Assembly: GCA_031373235.1 (NCBI GenBank)
Contig: JANMMK010000048.1
Location: forward strand, 1-44,942
Reading direction: 5' to 3'
DNA length: 44,942 nucleotides
DNA from: a bacterium
GTDB taxonomy: Bacteria > Patescibacteriota > Minisyncoccia > Phycocordibacterales > CAIRYW01
Shown here in pieces: positions 1 through 9,199 of this stretch. The notes beneath the pieces were generated by a model. The model saw nothing but the letters and a program-made list of their open reading frames with translations. It did no database searches and was not told the origin of the DNA. Every line of letters begins with the position of its first letter. The first letter of the stretch is position 1. Position numbers and translations under genes: made by a program.

Positions 1-501
1 ATCTCTGTCAGGAAATAAAATAACTAATTTTACCCCTCGCTCACCATCGAGCACAATTTCTTGTCCTCTTCTTGCTACTATCTTTTCTGCTTTCTCTTCC
101 TGAATTTTTTCCTCAAGAACTTTATAAGTTTCTGTTTTAGAAATTGTCCCTGGTTCAACAACACGAGAAACTTCATAACTCTTTAGCACATCAATAAAAC
201 CACCAATGTGATCTTTGTCTGGGTTGGTGACCACAAGCACATCAAGTGACTTATCAAAAAATGGCATGACCTTTCTTAAGCGAAGAAGTGTTGTTTTGTC
301 TGGCCCACCATCTATGAGCATTTGTTTTCCATTTGGAGCTTCAATATATATTGCGTCTCCTTGTCCAATATCTAAAAAAGAAACCTTAAGAGTATGCTCT
401 TTTTCTGGAATAATAAATCCACTCCAAATGGCAATGTTCAGTACTATCAAAACAAAAAGACATAAAGGAAGAGCTTTCTTTAAGCTAAAATTTGGTTTCA
501 T
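1..501 (-). CDS. MBL-fold hydrolase resembling the C-terminal beta-lactamase domain of ComEC, with N-terminal membrane anchor (3' end runs off window)
   Basis: Manual reverse translation from ATG at 499-501 gives MKPNFSLKKALPLCLFVLIVLNIAIWSGFIIPEKEHTLKVSFLDIGQGDAIYIEAPNGKQMLIDGGPDKTT...VVTNPDKDHIGG. LDxGQGD and DKDHIGG motifs are typical of ComEC-type MBL domains. Absent from the ORF track because it is truncated. Confidence 0.75.
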   Translation of the reverse strand, partial: MKPNFSLKKALPLCLFVLIVLNIAIWSGFIIPEKEHTLKVSFLDIGQGDAIYIEAPNGKQMLIDGGPDKTTLLRLRKVMPFFDKSLDVLVVTNPDKDHIGGFIDVLKSYEVSRVVEPGTISKTETYKVLEEKIQEEKAEKIVARRGQEIVLDGERGVKLVILFPDRD

Positions 502-553
502 AGACTCAATGATATAATCAAGAGTAAGAATTTAGAAGTTAATTAATATCAAT

Positions 554-1144
554 ATGACATTTACAGAAAAAAAATTTAACATTCCAGACATTGAGGGAAT
601 CTCAAAAAAAACAATTGAGGAACACCTAAAGCTTTACACCGGCTACGTGAAACACTCAAACCTCATTATTGATAAAATAAAAGAATACCAGCTCGAAGGA
701 GACAAACATGCCTATGCGATCGCAGAACTTCAGAGAAGATTCGGATTTGAGTTTGATGGTATGCGAAACCATGAATACTATTTTGAACAGCTTGAGGGTG
801 GTCCAAAAAGAATGTCTATGGAAAGCCTCCTTATGAAACAGGTAGAAAAAGACTTTGGAAGTAGTGAGGCGTGGCTCGAGCGATTTAAAGCGATCTGCAT
901 GACAAGAGGAATTGGATGGGCAGTGCTTCTCTGGGATAAGAAAAATCAAAGACTCTTAAACACTTGGGTGGACGAGCAACATCTTGGACACCTTACTGGC
1001 TTAGACTTCATCTACGGGGTTGATATGTGGGAACACTCATACATGCTTGATTATGTCCCTGGAGATAAGAAGAAATATATTGAAAGTTATATCATGGCAA
1101 CCAACCAAGAAGTATGCGCTGAAAGATTCTTGAAAGTTCAATAA
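554..1144 (+). CDS. Fe/Mn superoxide dismutase
   Basis: 196 aa. C-terminal DMWEHSYMLDY motif and overall length fit the Fe/Mn SOD family. ATG start; hairpin terminator follows. Confidence 0.88.
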   Translation: MTFTEKKFNIPDIEGISKKTIEEHLKLYTGYVKHSNLIIDKIKEYQLEGDKHAYAIAELQRRFGFEFDGMRNHEYYFEQLEGGPKRMSMESLLMKQVEKDFGSSEAWLERFKAICMTRGIGWAVLLWDKKNQRLLNTWVDEQHLGHLTGLDFIYGVDMWEHSYMLDYVPGDKKKYIESYIMATNQEVCAERFLKVQ

Positions 1145-1175
1145 AACTAAAAAAATTCTATACTTAGTAAATTTA

Positions 1176-1206
1176 AAAAGCCCTGCACAAAGCAGGGAGC
1201 TTTTTT
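1176..1206 (+). terminator. intrinsic terminator after SOD gene
   Basis: CCCTGC-ACAAA-GCAGGG hairpin followed by a T6 run. Confidence 0.7.
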
Positions 1207-1343
1207 GACCTTGACATAATAATAATAATGTGGATTATACTATATGGGACATTCTTTGAGAATTCGATTTTAGCTTCACTGCTCGAACACCTTTTCTGAC
1301 AAGGAACATCCCAACTCAACCAATACAGAAAACACAACACGCC

Positions 1344-2213
1344 ATGAGCGAACAAAACGCCGATATTTCTCGGCACACATACCTCCCCGACACAAAAACA
1401 CCTCTCTCGAGCCACCTGATCGGTGCTCTCCGAGACGGAAAAACATGCGACGAGCGCATCATGCCCGACATGCTCATCCTGCCGACTCAAAAGGTCATCG
1501 GGGTGGCAAGTCCCGCACTCCAAGCACTCTATGCACTACTCAACGCCACCCAACTCGAAGAACAGATCGCGAGAAGCGAGAACGCTCCGCCCAAGTGGCA
1601 CTTTGATGATCAACGGACAATTATCAGTTGGCTCATTGGTGACATCCTACGCGACAACTACGCTTTTGAGCGAACCGAGATCGGCTTCAAGTCTGGCTGG
1701 AACCTGACTGTGCCAAAAAACAGCAAGGAACAAAAAGACCCGAGACGCGCTCACGCTCAACTCAAAGGCCTGCGGGAAAAAATCCTCACCGTCCTCTTGG
1801 GAGAATCGCGTTTTGAGGTAACACTCCAAGCACCAGAAAAGCCTTCGTCTGGAAAGAAATTTTGCGACTCACCGAAAGGAGCACGCGAGTTTCTCTCCTA
1901 TGGCAAGACACTGAAAGAAACAGCAAAGGAGTTTGCCATCAAGGCATCATGTGACTGCGATGACCCGGAGTGCCCAGCAAAAAACATCTTTGTTGGAACT
2001 CCTGCCTCTGAACTTTTCCTCGAAGCAGGAACTGCGATGACTTCATTGGGTTGGCAACTCATCCGAGAGGAAGTGGCAAAGACGCCTGATGCCGACAAAG
2101 AGTTTCGGCGTTGTGGAGGACTTTCACTCTATAACGGCTTTGAGGTCCATTTTGAAAAAAAGGAATCTTCGCCAGGAGGACTGTTTGAAATGCTGAAGAA
2201 CCTCTTCGGCTAA
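1344..2213 (+). CDS. hypothetical protein, visibly GC-rich orphan
   Basis: 289-aa ATG ORF. Clean frame while the overlapping frames are short. Base composition is clearly richer in G+C than the flanks. No motif I recognise. A terminator lies about 110 nt downstream. Confidence 0.7.
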   Translation: MSEQNADISRHTYLPDTKTPLSSHLIGALRDGKTCDERIMPDMLILPTQKVIGVASPALQALYALLNATQLEEQIARSENAPPKWHFDDQRTIISWLIGDILRDNYAFERTEIGFKSGWNLTVPKNSKEQKDPRRAHAQLKGLREKILTVLLGESRFEVTLQAPEKPSSGKKFCDSPKGAREFLSYGKTLKETAKEFAIKASCDCDDPECPAKNIFVGTPASELFLEAGTAMTSLGWQLIREEVAKTPDADKEFRRCGGLSLYNGFEVHFEKKESSPGGLFEMLKNLFG

Positions 2214-2324
2214 ACAAAAGCAAAATCGAATCACACCACCCATCCGTACTCACAAGGTACCGAGGGGTGATTTTTATACAAAAAAACTTACGAAATAACA
2301 ATAGAAAAAGTAAAGTATTTATCC

Positions 2325-2348
2325 ACCGCGCTCTTCAGCGCGGTTTTT
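2325..2348 (+). terminator. intrinsic terminator
   Basis: ACCGCGC-TCTTCA-GCGCGGT stem (7 bp) followed by a T run. Confidence 0.65.
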
Positions 2349-2374
2349 GCTATGATTTAAAAGAATATAGAACT

Positions 2375-2623
2375 ATGAAAAAATACGCTGACCCGTCTGA
2401 GGAAGGTTTGGGAGAACCGAACTTTCATCACTTTGTTCGAATTCACTTCAAGGGAGGAGGGCACAAAAAACTCTTTCTATCTGGACTGCAAAGTCTTGGA
2501 CTGAGAGATCAAATAAGATTCCGTGGCAAAAATGCTTTCTTTCCTAAAAAAAATCTACCTCAAATCGAACATTTAAGGGAACACTCTCGTGTTCGTCAGA
2601 ACCAAGAAAACATAACCGACTAG
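2375..2623 (+). CDS. small basic hypothetical protein (82 aa)
   Basis: ATG at 2375 lies downstream of the 2325-2348 terminator; the track ORF start at 2267 would span that terminator. A strong terminator overlaps the stop codon. No recognisable motif and no clear RBS. Confidence 0.3.
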   Translation: MKKYADPSEEGLGEPNFHHFVRIHFKGGGHKKLFLSGLQSLGLRDQIRFRGKNAFFPKKNLPQIEHLREHSRVRQNQENITD

Positions 2624-2647
2624 CACTAAGTGCTGGTTGATTTTTTT
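2617..2647 (+). terminator. intrinsic terminator overlapping the stop of the 2375-2623 ORF
   Basis: About 10-bp stem (CGACTAGCAC / GTGCTGGTTG with G-U pairs), TAA loop, then a T7 run. Confidence 0.6.
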
Positions 2648-2685
2648 ATATAGTCCCCTGTGGTTTTTGTCACAGAGGGCTATAT

Positions 2686-2710
2686 AAAAAAATCGGGGAT
2701 AAATCCCCGA
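2686..2710 (-). terminator. intrinsic terminator of the rnhA-comEC-105aa operon
   Basis: TCGGGGA-TAAA-TCCCCGA hairpin. The A7 run on the + strand is a U run on the - strand, 6 nt after the stop at 2716. Confidence 0.75.
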
Positions 2711-2715
2711 GACAC

Positions 2716-3033
2716 TCACTTTTTTTTTGCAAACCGCTTCCAAACACGAAGAGGTGCCCAACACAGTCTGCGACGACCGTTACCCATAGGAATCTTGGCA
2801 ATAACCACCTTTCCATCTTTTGGAAAATAAGCAGGGTTAAATGGTTTTGCTGAGAGCCATGGATCACCATGTTTTTTGGTAACCATTCGAAGGTTGAACC
2901 TGTGAAGCACAGTTTCGGAACCACCGTTAAACGAGACTCTGACGGTATTTCCTTTTCCTGCAATAATTCGAGCCGGAGTTGGAGTAGTAGGCAATGATTT
3001 TGGCATAATGAGATAGATCAGTTCGAAAACCAT
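2716..3033 (-). CDS. hypothetical protein (105 aa), basic C-terminus, co-directional with comEC
   Basis: ATG ORF 26 nt downstream of the comEC stop, followed by a terminator. No recognised domain. Confidence 0.6.
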   Translation of the reverse strand: MVFELIYLIMPKSLPTTPTPARIIAGKGNTVRVSFNGGSETVLHRFNLRMVTKKHGDPWLSAKPFNPAYFPKDGKVVIAKIPMGNGRRRLCWAPLRVWKRFAKKK

Positions 3034-3059
3034 ACTACCCTAAAAATATTTTAAATCAA

Positions 3060-4469
3060 TTAAAAAGAAGCAAACGGTAGAGATGCAAAAAACTCAACTA
3101 ACCACAGTATGACTGCAATAAGAACTTCCGTAAGAAATCCAAAAATAGTTCCAACAAGAGGAATGCTAGCAAAAATTCCAACCACAATACTTCCCATCAT
3201 CACAAACGGAACAAGTGGCAAGACAAGTATATTTGCAAGTGGTGCAACGAGAGAAAAAGTTCCCATTTTAAAAAGTAAGAAAGGTGCGACTAGCACTTCA
3301 ACAGCAAGCGTCTGGGATAATACTTCTCGTAGAAAAAATTTCTCTGTAATAAAAGTAACTTTTTCTTTTACCCAAGGAGCAATATTAATAATTGCAAAAG
3401 TTGCCAAAAAACTTAACTGGAAAGATGGGTCAAACATCAGTATATATGGATTATGAAGTACCATGATACTAGCAGAAAGTAACAACACTCTATTTTGATT
3501 AATAGATCGATGTGCTAATTTTCCGAAAAGTACGATACTCGCCATAATACTTGCCCGAACTAACGGTGCAGAAGCTCCTGCCATGAGTACAAAAAGCAAG
3601 ACAAAAGTAATAATAATCAAGGTTCTAATCTTGGGCCTTAGAGACCCAAGACTAAATAAAACAAAACTAATGATAAGAGAAATATTGTAGCCAGAAAGAA
3701 CTACAATATGAATAAGTCCAACACGAATAAAATCTTCCTCTAGTTCTTTTGGTAGCCCTCCTTTTCCGGCGATAACCATTCCAGAAGCGAGTGAAGAAGA
3801 AGGTTCTCCAATATATCTTTCGATATTGGAGATAAAAGTATCTTTTAGACTAAACAGAAACTTAAATAAAGACCCTCCTCCCTCTTGACCGACGACTTGT
3901 ATCTCCGGAGAAAACATTTGAAAGTTAATTCCGTCTTTTCTTAGATAGTTTTTGTAATCAAAATCTAGTTCTCTTGTCGTTTTATCATCAACAGTATTCA
4001 AGGTGCCAGAAAGAATTAGCTCATCACCGTAAACTACAGGAGAAAATTGGGAGGTAAAGACAAGTACTTTTTCTTTTGGAATCTTTGCGATCTCTTCCCC
4101 GCTTTCAAGATTATGAACACGAAGTACAATTCTCTTTTTATCATTTTTAACTTGCTCAGAAAACACCTCTCCAATAAGTGATACTTTTGTTTCTGTGAAT
4201 CTGTAGAGAATCTGTGTATCTAATACATACTCTATATAAAAAAACCGAAGTGCCCCTAAAAAGAAAAAACAAACAAAAAGAAGGATCTTAAAAATATCTT
4301 TGTATCGTTCTTTTTCTTTACCAAACTTTTTCCTGACTACGAGTACAAAACCAAAACTAAGATACATGAGCAAAAGAAGTAACAGAGCAGACAAAGAAAA
4401 AGAGGTAAGAGATGCGACTCCTACCCCACCAAGAAAAGAAACTAAACTGTAGACAATAATCCTGTTCAT
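3060..4469 (-). CDS. comEC: ComEC/Rec2 competence channel (OB/DUF4131-like N-terminus plus polytopic Competence domain, no MBL domain)
   Basis: 469 aa and many TM segments. Layout typical of the ComEC membrane domain: N-terminal TM helices, a soluble about 150-aa insert, then a polytopic core. The start overlaps the rnhA stop (ATGA). Confidence 0.88.
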   Translation of the reverse strand: MNRIIVYSLVSFLGGVGVASLTSFSLSALLLLLLMYLSFGFVLVVRKKFGKEKERYKDIFKILLFVCFFFLGALRFFYIEYVLDTQILYRFTETKVSLIGEVFSEQVKNDKKRIVLRVHNLESGEEIAKIPKEKVLVFTSQFSPVVYGDELILSGTLNTVDDKTTRELDFDYKNYLRKDGINFQMFSPEIQVVGQEGGGSLFKFLFSLKDTFISNIERYIGEPSSSLASGMVIAGKGGLPKELEEDFIRVGLIHIVVLSGYNISLIISFVLFSLGSLRPKIRTLIIITFVLLFVLMAGASAPLVRASIMASIVLFGKLAHRSINQNRVLLLSASIMVLHNPYILMFDPSFQLSFLATFAIINIAPWVKEKVTFITEKFFLREVLSQTLAVEVLVAPFLLFKMGTFSLVAPLANILVLPLVPFVMMGSIVVGIFASIPLVGTIFGFLTEVLIAVILWLVEFFASLPFASF

Positions 4470-5149
4470 CTCGAAAACTCCTTTATAATAGCTTCCTCAT
4501 CAGATTTATTTTTACTTTTTTTAAAACGAACATCAGACTTACCTTTTACTCTTGCCTCGCACTCAGCCCAAGATTTGTGAACAAGAATCTTTCCATCTAC
4601 CTTACTGATATAAGAATATGCTTTTGTTTTTGAGCTAGATTTTTTTGCATGGACAATAGATAGATTCTCTAAATCGACACTATACGAAGCCACCTCTCCA
4701 TCAAAAAGATCAGTTGGACTATTATCAGCAAAACTCGTTGCTATTTCATCACAGCGTTCATTGGCTTTAATACCTGAATGTCCTGGAATTAATTTCCAAG
4801 TTACCTTCACTTCATCAGTCACATCAAACATAACTTCCCATAAGTCTTGATTGAGTACTGGTTCTTTAGTTTTAGTTTGCCATCCACTTTTTACCCACGT
4901 AAACATCCACTTTGATGAACCATTAACGACATATGCAGAGTCTGTATACAAAAGAGCCTCACTAAAACCTAATTCTTTTGCTTTCTGAATTCCTCTAATA
5001 GCTCCAAGCATCTCCATACGATTGTTTGTGGTTTGATTATCCCTATCACCAAGTTCAACCACCTTGTCTCCCGCTAGAACAATAACCCCAAAACCTCCGG
5101 GACCTGGATTACCCCTCGAAGAACCATCTGAAAATATTTTTGCTTGCAT
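4466..5149 (-). CDS. rnhA: ribonuclease HI with extra C-terminal domain resembling the RNase H1/viroplasmin hybrid-binding domain
   Basis: N-terminus SDGSSRGNPGPGGFG, NNRMEM, YTDSAYV and GHSGIKANERCDE match RNase HI catalytic motifs. The C-terminal about 50 aa, YSYISKVDGKILVHKSWAECEARVKGKSDVRFKKSKNKSDEEAIIKEF, is HBD-like. Confidence 0.85.
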   Translation of the reverse strand: MQAKIFSDGSSRGNPGPGGFGVIVLAGDKVVELGDRDNQTTNNRMEMLGAIRGIQKAKELGFSEALLYTDSAYVVNGSSKWMFTWVKSGWQTKTKEPVLNQDLWEVMFDVTDEVKVTWKLIPGHSGIKANERCDEIATSFADNSPTDLFDGEVASYSVDLENLSIVHAKKSSSKTKAYSYISKVDGKILVHKSWAECEARVKGKSDVRFKKSKNKSDEEAIIKEFSR

Positions 5150-5223
5150 GAAAGTATTATCTCAGAAAAACTAAAATGAAACACCTCCACATTCTCCCCA
5201 ACCAACCACCACAAGAGCTTTAA

Positions 5224-5257
5224 TAAAAAAATCGGCACCTCAATCAAGAGGGTGCCG
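5224..5257 (-). terminator. intrinsic terminator overlapping the stop of the 5240-5671 gene
   Basis: CGGCACC ... GGTGCCG stem. The A run at 5224-5231 is a U run on the - strand. Confidence 0.6.
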
Positions 5258-5671
5258 CGTGATGATCATTGCATAAATTGTTCCATTACCATCCATTAGG
5301 TATCGAAAACCAAAATGGTCAGCTTCTCTTGGAAAGAGTCCTCGAACAATCTCAGTTATCAAGGTTTCAACAGTCTCAATCTTTCTGTTGTTGTCGTCAG
5401 AAATACAAAGTGCATTTGCAACAACATGTAGCTTTGACTCTCGGTCGTCAACTACAACACCTTCAAATTGACTGTCGGACTCTGCTCCAATTAGACTAGC
5501 CAAAGTTAAAAGACGAGCAATCATAAGTCTGTGAGATGGAGAGTCTACTGACCCAACCAACCGAGACCCGATTGGAATTCCAGGACCACACAAACGACGA
5601 TCTAACTCTAGCTCTCCTTTTGGAACATCACTCAAAACAGCAAAAAGATCTCGAAAAAAGGGCGTTTTCAT
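5240..5671 (-). CDS. hypothetical protein (143 aa)
   Basis: The track ORF begins with GTG at 5689; the first ATG is at 5669-5671 (MKTPFFRDLF...). No recognised motif. Confidence 0.55.
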   Translation of the reverse strand: MKTPFFRDLFAVLSDVPKGELELDRRLCGPGIPIGSRLVGSVDSPSHRLMIARLLTLASLIGAESDSQFEGVVVDDRESKLHVVANALCISDDNNRKIETVETLITEIVRGLFPREADHFGFRYLMDGNGTIYAMIITRHPLD

Positions 5672-5796
5672 TTTATGATGATAGTACACTTCAATACCTA
5701 TATGTCAAAAGAGCCATGCAAAAAATCAAAGTATTCACCCTTACCCGTAAAGAGAATTCGTGAGGAAACTCTACTTTAAAAAAGAAAAGAGTCAAT

Positions 5797-7503
5797 TTAT
5801 AAAACATCTACGATACGAATCCTTACCCGACTTCCCCCAAAAAGTGCTCGCTCAACATGGCCAACAATATCTTGTTTTGTTTCTATATTTATTTTTTGAA
5901 TTAACTCTTCGGACGCAAAAAAAGAAATAGCCTCGATGGTTTTTCCATCTGGTTTTTTTATTTTAATCTTTAAGTGATTTTTTTCTTTGCCAAAAAATTC
6001 GGTCCCAAGTATATAGGCTTCTTTTATTAAAAAAAGCGGTTTTAGATTTCCAATTCCAAAAGGAGCAAGTTTTTCGACATCATACAACATCCTGTCAGAG
6101 AGCATCTCCGGTATGATCTCCATGTCTATCAAGGTTTCTACCGTCTCTGCTTTATTCTCCAAAGAATTAAATGCGTATTCAATTTCGTCTTGTAATAAAT
6201 GCACAGTATCGTAGGAAACAGAAAACCCTCCGGCTCCGTGGTGGCCCCCAAAACCCGAAAGGACTCCTTCTTTCACCAAAGCCATTAAGTCAGTCACACT
6301 GACCCCAGGAACACTTCTACATGAACCCTTTAAGCTTTCCGCAATACCTTCTCGCCCCCACAAGAATACGGGCTTTCCTTCTTTCTCAACTAAAGACCCA
6401 GCCACTAATCCTAAAATGGAAGGCTTCCAAGAGGGGTCACCTGCGACAATAACTTTATTCCGAAAATCCGGAGCATACTTCGCTTCAATAGACTTTTTTA
6501 CTTCTTTTGTAAGGTGTGCCGTCTGAACCTTTCTCTGATTATTTGCTTCCTCCAAAAAAGCCACCAACTCTCCCGCCCTCACCTCATCTTCGCAGGTAAG
6601 TAATTCAAAGGCATATTGTGAGACACCCATTCTCGAAGCAGCGTTGATTCTTGGTGCAATCATGAAACCAATATCATCTTCTGTGAGCGTTCTTTGATTT
6701 ATCTTGAGCTTGCGAAGTAGTTTTATGATTCCTATTCGAGGACTTTTTTGAAGAACTAAGAGCCCGTACTTTGCAAAAACTCTATTCTCTCCACGAAGTG
6801 GCACCATGTCAGACAACGTTGCGATACCTACCATATCAAGAAGCCATTTTTCCCATCCGAGCGCCACATCCAAACGATCATGCGCAAGCAGTCCTTCCAC
6901 CAACTTAAAAGCAACACCTGCCCCACAAAGCATTTTTTCTGGATAGTCTGGAGAAGTCTTCGGGTTAATGATTGCAAAAGCCTCTGGAACACTATCACCT
7001 GGCTCATGGTGGTCAGTGATGACGACATCAATACCGAGAGACATGGCAAGCGAAACCTCTTCCTTATCAGCAATACCGCAGTCAACTGTAATTAAAAGCG
7101 TAACACCCTCTTTTTTAAACTTTTTAATCGCGCCCTCATTCAAGCCGAATCCTTCGTTATGTCTGTGTGGAATATAATTACTAAAGTTTTTAAATCCAAT
7201 TTTCTTAAAGTAATCATGAAGAACTACTGCGCCCGGAATACCATCAGCATCGTAGTCAGAGAAAATAACAATCTTTTCATTATTTTTGTGTGCAGTAAAA
7301 ATTCTCTCTGCCACCTTTTTCATATCATCAAATAAAAATGGATCGTGTCTTAAATCGTAACCCGGGGACAAAAATACTTCCGCTTCTTCTTTTGTGGTTA
7401 TACCGCGCTTATGAAGTAATAGTGCAACTGTGTCAGAAACATGTTCCAACCTTTTTCTTTCTTCCTTTAGTAGCAAAGATGCCGGAGTATAACTTTTTTG
7501 CAT
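5797..7503 (-). CDS. recJ: single-stranded-DNA-specific exonuclease RecJ
   Basis: 568 aa. DHH-family motifs FSDYDADGIPG, VITDHHEP and GGHHGAGG, with RecJ-like length and architecture. Confidence 0.92.
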   Translation of the reverse strand: MQKSYTPASLLLKEERKRLEHVSDTVALLLHKRGITTKEEAEVFLSPGYDLRHDPFLFDDMKKVAERIFTAHKNNEKIVIFSDYDADGIPGAVVLHDYFKKIGFKNFSNYIPHRHNEGFGLNEGAIKKFKKEGVTLLITVDCGIADKEEVSLAMSLGIDVVITDHHEPGDSVPEAFAIINPKTSPDYPEKMLCGAGVAFKLVEGLLAHDRLDVALGWEKWLLDMVGIATLSDMVPLRGENRVFAKYGLLVLQKSPRIGIIKLLRKLKINQRTLTEDDIGFMIAPRINAASRMGVSQYAFELLTCEDEVRAGELVAFLEEANNQRKVQTAHLTKEVKKSIEAKYAPDFRNKVIVAGDPSWKPSILGLVAGSLVEKEGKPVFLWGREGIAESLKGSCRSVPGVSVTDLMALVKEGVLSGFGGHHGAGGFSVSYDTVHLLQDEIEYAFNSLENKAETVETLIDMEIIPEMLSDRMLYDVEKLAPFGIGNLKPLFLIKEAYILGTEFFGKEKNHLKIKIKKPDGKTIEAISFFASEELIQKINIETKQDIVGHVERALFGGSRVRIRIVDVL

Positions 7504-7597
7504 TCAGTTATTTTAACACAATACAAAGTTGCAAAATCACCTACCCGGCGACTTTAGTCATTTGTAAAGATGGTTTGTGGTTGTTACACTAATACTT

Positions 7598-8008
7598 ATG
7601 AAAGAATGTATTTTTTGTAAAATTATTTCAGGAGAAATCCCTTCCTATAAGGTGTACGAAGACAGAGAAACACTGGCTTTTCTAGATATTAACCCTGTTC
7701 ACGAGGGACACACACTAGTAATTCCAAAAGACCACTTTGAAAATATCTACAGTATTCCTCCCGAAACACTCGCAAGACTCTCTTTAACGACCCAAAAAAT
7801 GGCAATTGCTGTAAAGAACGCAGTGGAGGCTGATGGGATTAATATTATTATGAATAACGAGAAGGATGCTGGGCAGATTGTTTTCCATGCACACTTCCAC
7901 GTGATACCACGAAGACACAATGACGGTTTAGCTAATTGGCCACAGAAACCATACGAAGCAGGAGTTGCTTCTACCCTGCAAGAAAAAATTAAACATACTC
8001 TAGAGTAA
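7598..8008 (+). CDS. HIT (histidine triad) family protein
   Basis: MKECIFCKI... N-terminus and HAHFHVIPR histidine triad. The track start at 7577 is GTG; ATG at 7598. Confidence 0.9.
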   Translation: MKECIFCKIISGEIPSYKVYEDRETLAFLDINPVHEGHTLVIPKDHFENIYSIPPETLARLSLTTQKMAIAVKNAVEADGINIIMNNEKDAGQIVFHAHFHVIPRRHNDGLANWPQKPYEAGVASTLQEKIKHTLE

Positions 8009-8009
8009 A

Positions 8010-9194
8010 CTACCTAGAAAATAGTTTTGCCAAAAAACTTTTCTTTTTTGGCATAACCCCTTCTTCCGACTGTCTAAGTGCATCTAGGCCAACAAGTGTT
8101 CCAGAAGCCAAAAAAATAAGCATCGCTCCGCCACCAGTTGAGACAAAAGAAAATTTGGAAAGGAGAGACAGTTCATCTATCACTGCAAGCGTGTCTCCAC
8201 CGCCAACAACAGTAGTAGCAGAAGACTCTGCAAGCGCCCTCGCTACAAAATGTGTTCCGTCATTACTTCCTCCTTCAAAATAACCAACTGGACCATTCCA
8301 AAGTACAAACGAAGCTTTCTTAATTTCAGCTAAGAGTGTCTGTTCTGTCTCTGGTCCAATATCCCAAATTTTTTCTCCAACAGAAACTTCTGTTGGTTTT
8401 TTTACATATTTAAATCCTTTGTGTTGGGTTCGAACATCACTTGGTATAAATATTTTCTGACTTTCAAGTACATCCGCCAAGTGAACCTTGCCCTCTGAAA
8501 CAAGAGAGTCGCCCACAAAATATCCTTTTGCCTTAAACACGTCGTTCGCCAGCGCACCTGTGACAAATACGCTATCCGCTATTGGTAAAAACTTTTTGAG
8601 TAGTGGAAGTTTTGTCTCAAACTTTGCCCCACCCAAAATAAATAAAAAAGGATGTAATGGATTAAATACTTTACTCAATTCTTCTACTTCCTCATTAAAC
8701 AAAGGACCAATATAAGAAGGTAAATACTTTGGCACACCAACAACTGATGCGTGGGCACGGTGGGATACAGAAAAGGCGTCATTTACATAAATATCTCCTA
8801 AAGAAGCAAGCTCCCTTGCGAACTGATCACTGTTTTCTTTTTCCCCTTTTGAAAAACGGATATTCTCAAGAAGCACAATACTGCCATCTTGCATACTTTC
8901 AATCTCCTTATTTGTGTCAGGACTACTAACACCTTTCAAAAAACGAAGCCGAGGAAAGGTAGGAAAAAGATACCGAGCCACCACTTCAAGAGATGCACCT
9001 TCATCATTTTCTATGTGAGAAATAATGATAATTTTTGCACCTCGCTCTTCTAGTAGACGGAGTGTTGGAATTATTTTTTCGATCCGAAACGCTTCTTTGA
9101 TTTCTCCTCTGATAACCAACACGTTCAAATCAAGTCGAAGCAATACTTTTTTACCTCTAATATCCCCCGCTTGATCTAGTGTCTTATAGCTCAT
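8010..9194 (-). CDS. pgk: phosphoglycerate kinase
   Basis: 394 aa. LLRLDLNV, FSVSHRAHAS, STGGGA and the overall pattern are typical of PGK. Confidence 0.95.
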   Translation of the reverse strand: MSYKTLDQAGDIRGKKVLLRLDLNVLVIRGEIKEAFRIEKIIPTLRLLEERGAKIIIISHIENDEGASLEVVARYLFPTFPRLRFLKGVSSPDTNKEIESMQDGSIVLLENIRFSKGEKENSDQFARELASLGDIYVNDAFSVSHRAHASVVGVPKYLPSYIGPLFNEEVEELSKVFNPLHPFLFILGGAKFETKLPLLKKFLPIADSVFVTGALANDVFKAKGYFVGDSLVSEGKVHLADVLESQKIFIPSDVRTQHKGFKYVKKPTEVSVGEKIWDIGPETEQTLLAEIKKASFVLWNGPVGYFEGGSNDGTHFVARALAESSATTVVGGGDTLAVIDELSLLSKFSFVSTGGGAMLIFLASGTLVGLDALRQSEEGVMPKKKSFLAKLFSR

Positions 9195-9199
9195 TTGTT

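Noticed and set aside
215-517. 100-aa + strand ORF from the track
   Set aside because: It starts with TTG and lies entirely antisense to a - strand frame that encodes clear ComEC-type MBL motifs. It is a shadow ORF.
1423-1707. Alternative-frame ORFs within GC-rich genes (1423-1707, 1173-1523, 40318-40569, 40545-40733, 32625-33014)
   Set aside because: High G+C reduces stop-codon frequency, so long off-frame ORFs are expected. The main frames are much longer and bounded by promoter and terminator signals.
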